NCBI GenBank assembly: GCA_038231275.1
Contig: JBBRLQ010000023.1
Span: 1-64,000, forward strand
Direction: 5' to 3'
Origin: Polyangiales bacterium
GTDB lineage: Bacteria > Myxococcota_A > Polyangia > Polyangiales > Polyangiaceae
DNA: 64,000 nt
This document shows, one piece after another, positions 30,934-42,794 of this stretch. Numbering within the stretch: position 1 is the first letter of the stretch; each line of letters begins with the position of its first letter. The notes under the pieces were generated by a model. That model searched no databases and had not been told where the DNA came from. It saw nothing but the letters and a program-made list of their open reading frames with translations. Position numbers and translations under genes: made by a program.

Positions 30934-31777
30934 CCAAATCCCGCCGCTCAGCTCGCTCGCGCGTCGATCGATCGACGCCGAGCTCGCGCGTCCTGGAGCG
31001 GACGACGCGCTGCAAGCCCGTGTCCTCGCGCGCCTCACGGCGTCGGTCGCGGTCGGTGCCGGAGTGGGCGTCGCGGCGGGCACGGCGGCGGCGGCGACGA
31101 AGGGGGCAGCCGGCGCGGCGACTGCGGCGACCGCGGCAGGAGCGACCGGTGCAGCTGGTGCAGCTGGTGCAGCTGGTGCAGCTGGTGCAGCGACGGCGGC
31201 AACGGCCGGTGCCGTAGGGACGGCCGGCGTGGGCACGGCGATCGGCGTCACCCTAAAGACCATCCCGTGGCTCGTCGTCGCGTTCGCGGCGGGCGGCGGC
31301 ACGGGCGCGGCGATCCATGCGCGCGTCGCCACGCCCGCGCCGATCGCGGTCGTCGCGCCGAGCACGACGACGTCGCCGCCCGCGCCCAGCCGCGCCGCGC
31401 GCGATCCAGAGCCGGCGCCGCCGGTCTCGGCGATCGCCGTGCCCGAGCCCTCGCGCGCCGCCACGCCCGCGCCGACGCGGACCACCGCGCCGAGCTCGAG
31501 CCCCGACGTCGATCTCGCCGCCGAGCGCACGCTCATCGATCGCGCGCGCATGGCGCTCGCGCGCAGGCAGAGCGCCGCGGCGCTCGAGGCGGTGGACGCG
31601 CACGCGAAGAGCTATCCGCGTGGCCGCCTCGTGGAAGAGCGCGAGGCGATCGCCATCCAGGCGCTCGTCCAGGCAGGTCGCGCCGCAGACGCCCGCGCCC
31701 GCGCCGATCGCTTCCGCGTCGCGTACCCGAACAGCATCTTCACCGCCGCCGTCGACGCCGTCGTGCCGCCCAAATAG
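30926..31777 (+). CDS. Putative anti-sigma factor (TM, Pro-rich linker, TPR)
   Basis: Overlaps the ECF stop; TM helix; LAAERTLIDRAR..YPRGRLVEERE..FRVAYPNS TPR. Confidence 0.75.
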   Translation: MADQIPPLSSLARRSIDAELARPGADDALQARVLARLTASVAVGAGVGVAAGTAAAATKGAAGAATAATAAGATGAAGAAGAAGAAGAATAATAGAVGTAGVGTAIGVTLKTIPWLVVAFAAGGGTGAAIHARVATPAPIAVVAPSTTTSPPAPSRAARDPEPAPPVSAIAVPEPSRAATPAPTRTTAPSSSPDVDLAAERTLIDRARMALARRQSAAALEAVDAHAKSYPRGRLVEEREAIAIQALVQAGRAADARARADRFRVAYPNSIFTAAVDAVVPPK

Positions 31778-31830
31778 TCTCCGGCGACGATTTCGGTGAC
31801 GGATCGCGCGCGCGTGTCCAAACCTCGGAC

Positions 31831-32637
31831 ATGCACCACCGCATCTTCGCCTTCGCCGGCGCGGCGCTCCTCGCCCTCGCCTGCACCGTCACGTCCACCA
31901 CCACGCCCGGCAGCGGCCCTGGAAGCGGCGGCGCCACCGTCGGCCAGATCTCCGGCTGCAAGCAGTCCTGCGACAAGATGAAGTTCTTCGGCTGCAGCTC
32001 CGCCGCCGGGCAAGCTGCGTGTTATTCCGACTGCGATCAGGCCACGCCCTCGCAAATCGAGGTCTTCACGGGATGCGCCGACAACTCGGTGTGCGATCCC
32101 GCGTGCCGCACGAACATCACGCCGAAGCCCTCGGGCTCGAGCGGGACCTCCGGAGGCAGCGGCGGAGGCGGCGGCGCGACGGCGTCCTCGTGCGGCACCG
32201 CGTGCGACAAGCTCGTCTCGTGCAGCCTCATCCGCGTCGGCGACAAGAGCGCTTGCCTGACCGAGTGCCAGAAGAGCGCGTACCAGTACCAGATCGACTG
32301 CGTGAACAACGTCGCGTGCGACAAAGTCGCGAGCGCGTGCGGCAGCACGACGACCGGCGGCGGCAGCAGCAGCGGCTCCACGAGCGGCGGCAGCAGCAGC
32401 GGGACCACGAGCGGTGGCTTCGACGCCAGCAACGATCAGTTCGACATCCAGGCGTGCCAGACCGCGTGCGACAATCTCAATTTCTTCAGCTGCCTGTCCG
32501 CAACGGAGCACTCGGCGTGCCGCGATCTCTGCGCGAGCAGCACGACCGCGAAGCGCGACACCTTCAAGAGCTGCGCGAACGGCGCGGGCGGGGACTGCTC
32601 GAAGGGGCAGGCCTGCTACGCCACGTTCCAGAACTGA
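31831..32637 (+). CDS. Cys-rich repeat lipoprotein
   Basis: Lipobox ALAC; three C-x3-C-D-x4-5-C repeat domains separated by Ser/Gly linkers. Confidence 0.8.
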   Translation: MHHRIFAFAGAALLALACTVTSTTTPGSGPGSGGATVGQISGCKQSCDKMKFFGCSSAAGQAACYSDCDQATPSQIEVFTGCADNSVCDPACRTNITPKPSGSSGTSGGSGGGGGATASSCGTACDKLVSCSLIRVGDKSACLTECQKSAYQYQIDCVNNVACDKVASACGSTTTGGGSSSGSTSGGSSSGTTSGGFDASNDQFDIQACQTACDNLNFFSCLSATEHSACRDLCASSTTAKRDTFKSCANGAGGDCSKGQACYATFQN

Positions 32638-32651
32638 CGTAAGCTGAACGC

Positions 32652-33395
32652 GTGCGCTTCGTACCGTCCTTCGCCGCCATGACGGCGCTTCCCGCCGCCC
32701 TCCTGCCGGCGCTGGCGCTGACGCTCGGCGGCGCGGCGTGCGAAACGACGGTGAACCTCGGCAACGGACCGGACGCCGCTTTCTTGCCCGACGCCACCGC
32801 AGACGCGGGGCTCGACGCGACGAACGACACGGGCGGCGCCGACGGTGTGTCCGACACCAATCCCGTTGCCGATACGGCGGGCGACACGAACCCGCCGCCG
32901 GATGCCGCCGACGCGGGACCGAAGGGCATCTTCATCACGCGCGCGACCTACACGCCCGACTGGGGCGGCGTCGCCGGCGCCAACTTCCGCTGCCAGGCCT
33001 CTGCGAACGCCGCGCAGCTCGGCGGGACGTGGAAGGCGTGGATGAGCGACACGTCGCACGACGCCGCAAATGAGTTCACGTCCGACGGCCCGTGGATCGC
33101 CGTCATCTCCGGAATCACGCTGTTCCAGAACAAGGCCAACCTCCGCGGCTTCCCGCTCGCGCAGATCAAGACCGACGAGCTCGGCCAACCCGCGGCCAAT
33201 CAATGGTGGACCGGGACATTGGCGAACGGCGTCAAGGCGCCGGACACCTGCCAAGACTGGTCGACCAAGTCGCAGTTCCCTGGCGGCCAGACCGGCGGGC
33301 GCAAGAGCCAAACCGGCGTCCCGGGCAAGGAGTGGACGGAGGATGTGGCCTACTCCTGCCAGAGCACCTTCGCGCTCCTGTGCTTGCAGGACTGA
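32652..33395 (+). CDS. DUF1554/endostatin-like lipoprotein
   Basis: Lipobox GAAC; IFIT..GGVAGANFRCQ..WKAWMSD..WTG..TCQDWS..LLCLQ. Confidence 0.75.
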   Translation: MRFVPSFAAMTALPAALLPALALTLGGAACETTVNLGNGPDAAFLPDATADAGLDATNDTGGADGVSDTNPVADTAGDTNPPPDAADAGPKGIFITRATYTPDWGGVAGANFRCQASANAAQLGGTWKAWMSDTSHDAANEFTSDGPWIAVISGITLFQNKANLRGFPLAQIKTDELGQPAANQWWTGTLANGVKAPDTCQDWSTKSQFPGGQTGGRKSQTGVPGKEWTEDVAYSCQSTFALLCLQD

Positions 33396-33405
33396 CGACC
33401 TCGAC

Positions 33406-33440
33406 TCACGGGCGGCGGCGCGTGTACGTGCCGTTCACGC
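33406..33440 (-). repeat. Diverged duplicate of the last 35 bp of the GH114 gene (34091-34125)
   Basis: 30/35 identity with a 20-nt perfect core GCGCGTGTACGTGCCGTTCA; stop codons align. Confidence 0.85.
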
Positions 33441-33503
33441 TTTTGTTTGAGACGGTTCACTGGTCGGACGCCTCAAGCCATCGAACCCCAACGAGGAGCT
33501 CCG

Positions 33504-34022
33504 ATGCGCTTCACTACGATTGGCACGATCACCCTTTCGTTGACGTTTGCTGGCGTGGGATGCGGCAGCGAGCCTCCCAAAGAGGAAACGGCCAAGACCC
33601 GTGAGGCCATCTGCTCGGGCGGCGGAGGCGGAGGCGACGCGTGCACGACATCCGGCTACTGCCCGCCCGAGTGCTCGACCTGCTTCTCTTCCGTATCCGA
33701 GCGACTGAGCTTGCAGAACCTGTGGAACTGCGAGCCGGGCGGCGGAGGCGGCGGCGGCGGAGGAGCGACGTGCACGCGGGGATCTCGCAACATCTCGAAG
33801 ACCGCCGGTCGGCGCGTCGAGCTCGGCTGGACAGGTCTGGAGTTCTGCGGTGAAGCGCAGAGCGCGGGTGCCCAAGAGTGCATGGGCTTGGGCGACGCGC
33901 AGTGCCGACCGTCCCCGGCCAACGACGGCATCGCCGAATTTGGGTGCGACGCCCTCGACCCCGACGGGCTCCGCTATTGCTATTGCACCACGCGCACGAG
34001 CTGCAGCTTCTCGAGCCGGTGA
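33504..34022 (+). CDS. Small Cys-rich lipoprotein
   Basis: GAGGAG RBS, lipobox GVGC, poly-Gly linkers, many Cys. Confidence 0.75.
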   Translation: MRFTTIGTITLSLTFAGVGCGSEPPKEETAKTREAICSGGGGGGDACTTSGYCPPECSTCFSSVSERLSLQNLWNCEPGGGGGGGGGATCTRGSRNISKTAGRRVELGWTGLEFCGEAQSAGAQECMGLGDAQCRPSPANDGIAEFGCDALDPDGLRYCYCTTRTSCSFSSR

Positions 34023-34090
34023 TCCCACCTCGCGCCAGCCCGCTTCCCCGCGTGCGGAGGCCTTGAGTGCTCGCCGTGCCGTCAGCGGCG

Positions 34091-34936
34091 TTACGACCGG
34101 CAGCGCGTGTACGTGCCGTTCATGCGGTTTGCGGCCGACAGGATCGAGAAGAACGCCTTCGCGTTCGCCTTCGGGCAGACCGAGCGCTGGTGGGTAGAGA
34201 CGTTGCCGTACTCGATGTTGATGACCGATTTCCCTGCGGCGACGAACGCCTCGACCTTGTCGCACTCGCCGAACTGGAAGCACTGCTCGTTGACCGCGAA
34301 ATCGAAGCTCGCGACGAGATCGGCGATCTGGTCGACGTCGTTCTTGAGCCCGACGATCATGCCGCGCGCGTGCGCCTCTTTTGCAAGGAACCGGTTGAAC
34401 GAGAGCTGGTCCTTGGCCCGCAGCGGGAAGCCGGTGTCGTTCGAGTACCCGTCGACGTTGTCGGGATCGACGCCGTCGCAGCCCGCGGCCTTCGCCGTGT
34501 CCAGGCGCGCGGCCATCACGGCGCGGAGGCCGGCGCTGCGGACGTCGACCCATTTCTCGCCGGCCCAGCCGTCCATCGCCTTGCCGAGCGCGGCCCTGGG
34601 GAATGACGCGTAGTCGGGGCGCCAGTTCTCGGCGCTTCCGGCGCTGAAGTAACAGACGACCTTGCGCCCGTTCGCATGGAGGCGGCCGATGAGGCCCGAG
34701 TCGACGTTGTCCCAGAGGTCTACGTCGTACCAGTCGACGTCCTCGTCCTCGTTCACGGGGTTCTCGATGTCGAGGCGCCACGTCGTGCTCGCCGGCACGC
34801 CTGGCGTCGTCGCGCTGGGATCGGCACCGGTCGAGTCCGCGAGCGTACCGTCGGAGCTCGGCTCGACCACGCGTCCGCTGCACGCCACCGCGACCGTCGA
34901 CAGCGCAAGAAGAGGGAAAATTCCAGCGAATCGCAT
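34091..34936 (-). CDS. Endo-alpha-1,4-polygalactosaminidase (GH114) lipoprotein
   Basis: KVVCYFSAGSAENWRPD, GCDGVDPDNVDGY, GLKND, FAVNEQC; lipobox AVAC. Confidence 0.92.
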   Translation of the reverse strand: MRFAGIFPLLALSTVAVACSGRVVEPSSDGTLADSTGADPSATTPGVPASTTWRLDIENPVNEDEDVDWYDVDLWDNVDSGLIGRLHANGRKVVCYFSAGSAENWRPDYASFPRAALGKAMDGWAGEKWVDVRSAGLRAVMAARLDTAKAAGCDGVDPDNVDGYSNDTGFPLRAKDQLSFNRFLAKEAHARGMIVGLKNDVDQIADLVASFDFAVNEQCFQFGECDKVEAFVAAGKSVINIEYGNVSTHQRSVCPKANAKAFFSILSAANRMNGTYTRCRS

Positions 34937-34956
34937 GCGCACCTCACGGCGCGCCA

Positions 34957-34972
34957 AGCGTAATTCGTGCCA
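34957..34972 (-). promoter_or_regulatory. Sigma54-like -24/-12 promoter of the GH114 gene
   Basis: TGGCACGAATTACGCT (GG-N10-GC). Confidence 0.5.
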
Positions 34973-35232
34973 CCCGCGCGGGCGTCGCATCTCTGCGGAC
35001 GCCCGTAGTGCGCAGCGTCTCTCCGCCGCCGAACGTCGCCCGCGCGCAACGCCCCTGGGGCGGTGACGGACCGCTCGGGCCAGGCGAAGGAAGAAGGGGG
35101 AACCGCGGCAGCGGCAGGGTGGTTGGAGGAGGACCGCCGCCGCCGCGAGCTCCTGGTCGTTCTACGCGCGACCCGGGAGGGCGGATCCGTGTTCCCGTTG
35201 CCCCCGCGGCCTGCTAACGAGGGTGATCGGCC

Positions 35233-38547
<3,315 letters not shown>

Positions 38548-38553
38548 GTTGCT

Positions 38554-39840
38554 CTAAGAGTGGAGGTCCCTGACCTCGGCGTCGAGTGCGTCGAGATCTT
38601 CCAGCTCGCGGACGGCGCGATCGAGATCGGGGTCGAGTGCAACGCGGATGCGCGTCTTTGCGTCGTCGTCGCGGATGCAGGAGACGATCGCGTCGATGCG
38701 CGCGCGCTCGCCGGGGCGGGAGACGCGCGACAGGACGCGTGCGCACGCCGCGCGGAGGGCGGGCTCCGCGTCGTGATCTTCGAGGGCCGCCCAGAGATCG
38801 CCCTCGGCGAAGGCGATGTCGCGGTAGCTCGTGCCGCGGGCCAGCTGGAGCGCGGTCGTCTCGAGGCGGGCGAGCCACGCGCGCGCTTCCTCGCCGTGCG
38901 CGCGCGCGAGCGGCGCCGCAGCACCCGAGTGGGCCTCGTGCCCCTCGACGCCGCGCGCGCGCTGGCCCGCGGCGCGGAGCTGGGCCATCAAGACCTCCAG
39001 CTCGGCGCGCGTGATGCCGCGCCGGCCATGCCGAGCGAGCTCGACCTTCGTCGCGACACGACGCGCCGTTCCGCGGCCGACGACGAGCCAGCCGTCCTCG
39101 AACCGCGCGCTCGTCAGCGCCGCGTACGGCACCGCGGTCCAGCCGCCGCGCGCGTCCTCGAGGCGCACGTCCGTCGGCGTCATCCACACCGAGCGCTCGG
39201 CCGAGCGGGCGCGCCGCCACCGCAACGTGGCCAGCGCGACGAGGGGGAAGACGACGACGAGGTACGCGAGCGGCCAGTCTCCGTATGCGGCCCTCCCGAA
39301 CGTCGTCGCGTACGCGAGCATCGCGGCGGCGCATGCGCCGAGCAACCTGTTGATCGCGCCGAGTCGGTCGACCGTGCGCGTTCCCACCGGCCAGCGCAGC
39401 GCCCCTGAGGTGTGGAGGCCGATGCCGAGGGCGTCCTTTACGCGTTTGGCGTCGGCCGCCGTCGCCAACTCGAGGATCGTGGGTCGATCGCGGCTCGCGC
39501 GCTGGAGGGCGAGAGTCTCGCCGCCGTCGGCGGACGCGCACGAGACCGCGCCGAGGACGTCGCGCGCATGAAGAGTCTGCGTGAGCAGGCCGGCCCCTCG
39601 CACCTCGACCCGCGCCGGGTGCGGCAAGAGGCGCGCCCGCTGAGGCCTGTGACGGCCCAGCAAGAGCGGCGCGACGAGCAGCAACGCGAGGCCACAGAAG
39701 AAGTCCGCCCCGAGCGCGGCGCCATCGACGGCCCACCAATAGAGACCTGCGAGCATCCCACACGCCCCGAGCGCCGGCAGGAGCGCACGGGTCCAGGCCG
39801 GCCCGCGGGCGTCATGTAGGGTCGCCCGCGCCTCCGTCAC
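38554..39840 (-). CDS. Hypothetical membrane protein
   Basis: Two TM hairpins, each followed by a beta-rich (PH-like?) segment, and a helical C-terminus. GTG start chosen by eye. Confidence 0.6.
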   Translation of the reverse strand: MTEARATLHDARGPAWTRALLPALGACGMLAGLYWWAVDGAALGADFFCGLALLLVAPLLLGRHRPQRARLLPHPARVEVRGAGLLTQTLHARDVLGAVSCASADGGETLALQRASRDRPTILELATAADAKRVKDALGIGLHTSGALRWPVGTRTVDRLGAINRLLGACAAAMLAYATTFGRAAYGDWPLAYLVVVFPLVALATLRWRRARSAERSVWMTPTDVRLEDARGGWTAVPYAALTSARFEDGWLVVGRGTARRVATKVELARHGRRGITRAELEVLMAQLRAAGQRARGVEGHEAHSGAAAPLARAHGEEARAWLARLETTALQLARGTSYRDIAFAEGDLWAALEDHDAEPALRAACARVLSRVSRPGERARIDAIVSCIRDDDAKTRIRVALDPDLDRAVRELEDLDALDAEVRDLHS

Positions 39841-39963
39841 CCCACAAGGATGCGGCCCGCGGAGCGTCTGTGCAACGGCCGGTGGAATGCCCAGTCCGCC
39901 GCGTTCGTCCTCGAAGTAGCTCGCGACGCGCGCGCGGGGTAAAAGGTTCACGAGGACATGCTC

Positions 39964-40440
39964 ATGGCGTCTCGGAAGTACCCGCTCGACCCCCTCGCGA
40001 AGCTCCGGGAGCAGCACGTCGACGACGCGACGCGTGAGCTGGCGGCGGCTGTCCGCGCACGGGAAGCGGCGGAGCAACGTACCCGCGCCGCCGCGACCGA
40101 AAAGGAGCGCGCCGAGGAGCGTGCCCGGGCGGTGCGCGAGGCGGAGCGCACGAAGCTCGAGCAGGGTGAGCTCAAGGTGGCCGATCTCCAACGCGCCGAC
40201 GCGTGGGCGATCGCCGCCGCGGAAGAGAAGCGTCGCCTCGAGGAGCACGTCGAGCGCGCGCGGGAGGCCGAGACGCATGCGCGCACCGGTGAAGGACAGC
40301 GCCGCGCCGAGCTGGCGACCACCAAGGCCGACGCCGACGTCGTGAACAAGGACCGCGCGAAGTGGACCGAGCACGAGCGCAAAGACGCGCTCGTGCGAGA
40401 GGAAGAGGAGGCGGGCGAGGCATGGCGAAAGCGCGGATGA
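39964..40440 (+). CDS. FliJ/SctO(YscO)-like coiled-coil protein
   Basis: KYPLDPLAKLRE N-terminus, about 158-aa coiled coil, E-x-x-x-x-x-EEE C-terminus. Confidence 0.6.
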   Translation: MASRKYPLDPLAKLREQHVDDATRELAAAVRAREAAEQRTRAAATEKERAEERARAVREAERTKLEQGELKVADLQRADAWAIAAAEEKRRLEEHVERAREAETHARTGEGQRRAELATTKADADVVNKDRAKWTEHERKDALVREEEEAGEAWRKRG

Positions 40441-42794
40441 GAGCGGGCCTTACCCTTTGCGTTGCCCTCGTCGCGGCCTGCCGCGGCGGCGGAGTCGGCG
40501 GCCCCGCGCCTGTGGTCTCCACCGCAGAGCCCGCGAATCCTGCGCCGCCTGCGGCGGGACCGGCTCGCATGCCCACCGTTCGTGTCGTCATGGACGATCC
40601 ACGCCTGAAGGACGCACGCGAGCGCGAGCACGCGAAGGACTACGCCGGCGCACTTCGCGCGTTCACGCTTGCGCGGCAGGGCCAAACGCTGGCGCCGGCC
40701 GACGCGTGCGCATGGGATTTCGTCGAAGGGCGCCTCGCGTCCGCGACGGGGGATCTCGCGGCGGCCGCGTCGGCGTTCGATCGCGCCACGAAGACGGCGA
40801 CCGCCACGTGCGAGCTCGCGCCGTACGCGACCCTCCGCGCCGCGCAGGCATACGCGCGCGGTGGGAAGGCGGACGAGGCGATCGCACGCGCGCGCGCAGT
40901 GCCCGAGGCGCTGCCGATCAAGGACGAGACGAAGGTCCTCCTCGCCGAAGCGCTCGCCGCGAAGGGCGATCGTGCGGCGGCGGTCGCGTCGTGGCGCGCG
41001 CTCTTGGCGTCGGGTCCACACATGGCGCGCTGGGTCGACACGGCCGTTCGCCTCGCGACCGCGCTGCTCGACGGCGTCGATGGCGACCCTTCGTCGCACG
41101 CGCGCGAGGCCTACGATCTGGCGCTTCGCGTCGCGGTCGAGGCCCCGAAGCTCGCGGAGACCTCGGGCGCCAACCTTCAGCGCGCGCGCGCGACCACGCT
41201 GCTCCGCGCCAAGGACGCTTCGTTCTCCGACGCGCTCACCGACGCCGACCGCGTCAAGCTCGCGCAGGCGTGGATCGACGCCGGGGAAGCGGCGAAAGCG
41301 GTCGCCGAAGCGGGTGCCGTGCTGGCGGCGGCCCCGAAGCCCACGCCGACTGGCGGCATCTTCTGCAAGGCCGCCTCCCTGCGCGCGACGGCGAGCGCCA
41401 AGCTGAAGGGCGTCTCGTCCGCCGACGCATGGGGCGACGCCATCCTCGCGTGCGCGGGCGACGACGCCCTCGTCTCCGCCCTCTACTCCGGCGGCAAGGC
41501 GAGCCTCGCGGCGAAGCGCACCGCGGAAGGGCTCGATCGCTTCGCCAAGCTCGAGCAGACGTTCCCCAAGCATCGCCTGGCCGACGACGCCCGCTTCCAC
41601 GCCGCCGTCGCCGCCAAGGACGCCGGCGACGAGACGCGCTTCGTGGCGATGATGACGAGCATCCCGGTCGACTACCCCGAAGGCGACATGCGCGGAGAAG
41701 CGCTCTTCCGGGTCGCGCTCTCGCACGCGTCGCGCGGTGATTGGGCCGCCGCGAAGACGCCGCTCGACGATCTGGCCGTGCGCGAGAAGGATGATCGCCA
41801 CTGGGCTACCGCCGCGCGCGCTGCGTATTTCCGCGCCCGCGCCGCCGCCGCGCTCGGGGACGCCGAGGACGCGAAGGCGCGGTACACGCAGATCGTCAAG
41901 GATGCGCCGCTCTCCTTCTACATGACGCAAGCGTACGCGCGCCTCGCCGAGGGCGACGCTCCGGCGGCCGCGCGCGCGCTCGACGACGCGGTGTCGCGCG
42001 ACGAGGGCGGCGCCTTCCCCGCCGCCGATCACCCGGAGCTCCACGGTCCGGGCGTCGATCGCGCGTGCCGCCTCCTCGAGGTCGGCGAGATCGAGGCCGC
42101 GAAGCGCGAGCTCGCGGCGGCGGGCGCGGTCGGCGACACCGTGCCCGCCGAGGTCGCCTGGGTGATCGGCGATCTCTACAACCGCGCCGGCGCGCCCGAG
42201 GTCGGACACGCTCTCGCGAAGGGCAAGCGCACCGAGTACCTCGCGCACTACCCGGTCGGGCGTTGGCGCACGCCGTGGGAGGTCGCCTTCCCGCGCGCGT
42301 TCGAGCCGCTCGTCATGAAGGAGAGCGCCGCCAACCGCATCCCCGCGCCCTTGGCCTGGGCGATCATGCGCGAGGAGTCGAGCTTCTATCCGGAGGCCAA
42401 GAGCGTCTCGAACGCCTACGGGCTGATGCAGCTCATTACGCCAACGGCGCAGTGGATGGCGCCGGGGACCGGTTATGGCTTCGACGAGGCGTCGCTCAAG
42501 AGGCCCGAGGTGTCGATCGCGTTCGGGACGAAGCTGCTCGGCAAGCTGCGCACGCAGTTCGCGGTGAACCCCGCGCTCGCGATCAGCGCGTACAACGGCG
42601 GCGGCGGCGCGGTGCAGCGATGGGTCGCGCAGCGCAGTGGCACCGACTTCGAGCTCTGGGTCGAGCAGATCCCGTGGGAGGAGACGCGGCTCTACACCAA
42701 GCGCGTCCTCGCCAGCCAGGCGGCGTACGCGTTCCTCTACGAGCGGCCCGCGCTCGCCGAGGTCCTGTCGATCCCGCGGAACGTCGGTCCTTGA
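40437..42794 (+). CDS. TPR plus soluble lytic transglycosylase (Slt) lipoprotein
   Basis: Lipobox VAAC; AIMREESSF, AYGLMQL, AYNGG, IPWEETRLYTKRV. Confidence 0.92.
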   Translation: MRAGLTLCVALVAACRGGGVGGPAPVVSTAEPANPAPPAAGPARMPTVRVVMDDPRLKDAREREHAKDYAGALRAFTLARQGQTLAPADACAWDFVEGRLASATGDLAAAASAFDRATKTATATCELAPYATLRAAQAYARGGKADEAIARARAVPEALPIKDETKVLLAEALAAKGDRAAAVASWRALLASGPHMARWVDTAVRLATALLDGVDGDPSSHAREAYDLALRVAVEAPKLAETSGANLQRARATTLLRAKDASFSDALTDADRVKLAQAWIDAGEAAKAVAEAGAVLAAAPKPTPTGGIFCKAASLRATASAKLKGVSSADAWGDAILACAGDDALVSALYSGGKASLAAKRTAEGLDRFAKLEQTFPKHRLADDARFHAAVAAKDAGDETRFVAMMTSIPVDYPEGDMRGEALFRVALSHASRGDWAAAKTPLDDLAVREKDDRHWATAARAAYFRARAAAALGDAEDAKARYTQIVKDAPLSFYMTQAYARLAEGDAPAAARALDDAVSRDEGGAFPAADHPELHGPGVDRACRLLEVGEIEAAKRELAAAGAVGDTVPAEVAWVIGDLYNRAGAPEVGHALAKGKRTEYLAHYPVGRWRTPWEVAFPRAFEPLVMKESAANRIPAPLAWAIMREESSFYPEAKSVSNAYGLMQLITPTAQWMAPGTGYGFDEASLKRPEVSIAFGTKLLGKLRTQFAVNPALAISAYNGGGGAVQRWVAQRSGTDFELWVEQIPWEETRLYTKRVLASQAAYAFLYERPALAEVLSIPRNVGP

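Noticed and set aside
34975..35232. Purine-rich intergenic stretch upstream of carB as a leader peptide or riboswitch
   Set aside because: I could not recognise an aptamer, attenuator or convincing ORF by eye. An Rfam scan would be needed.
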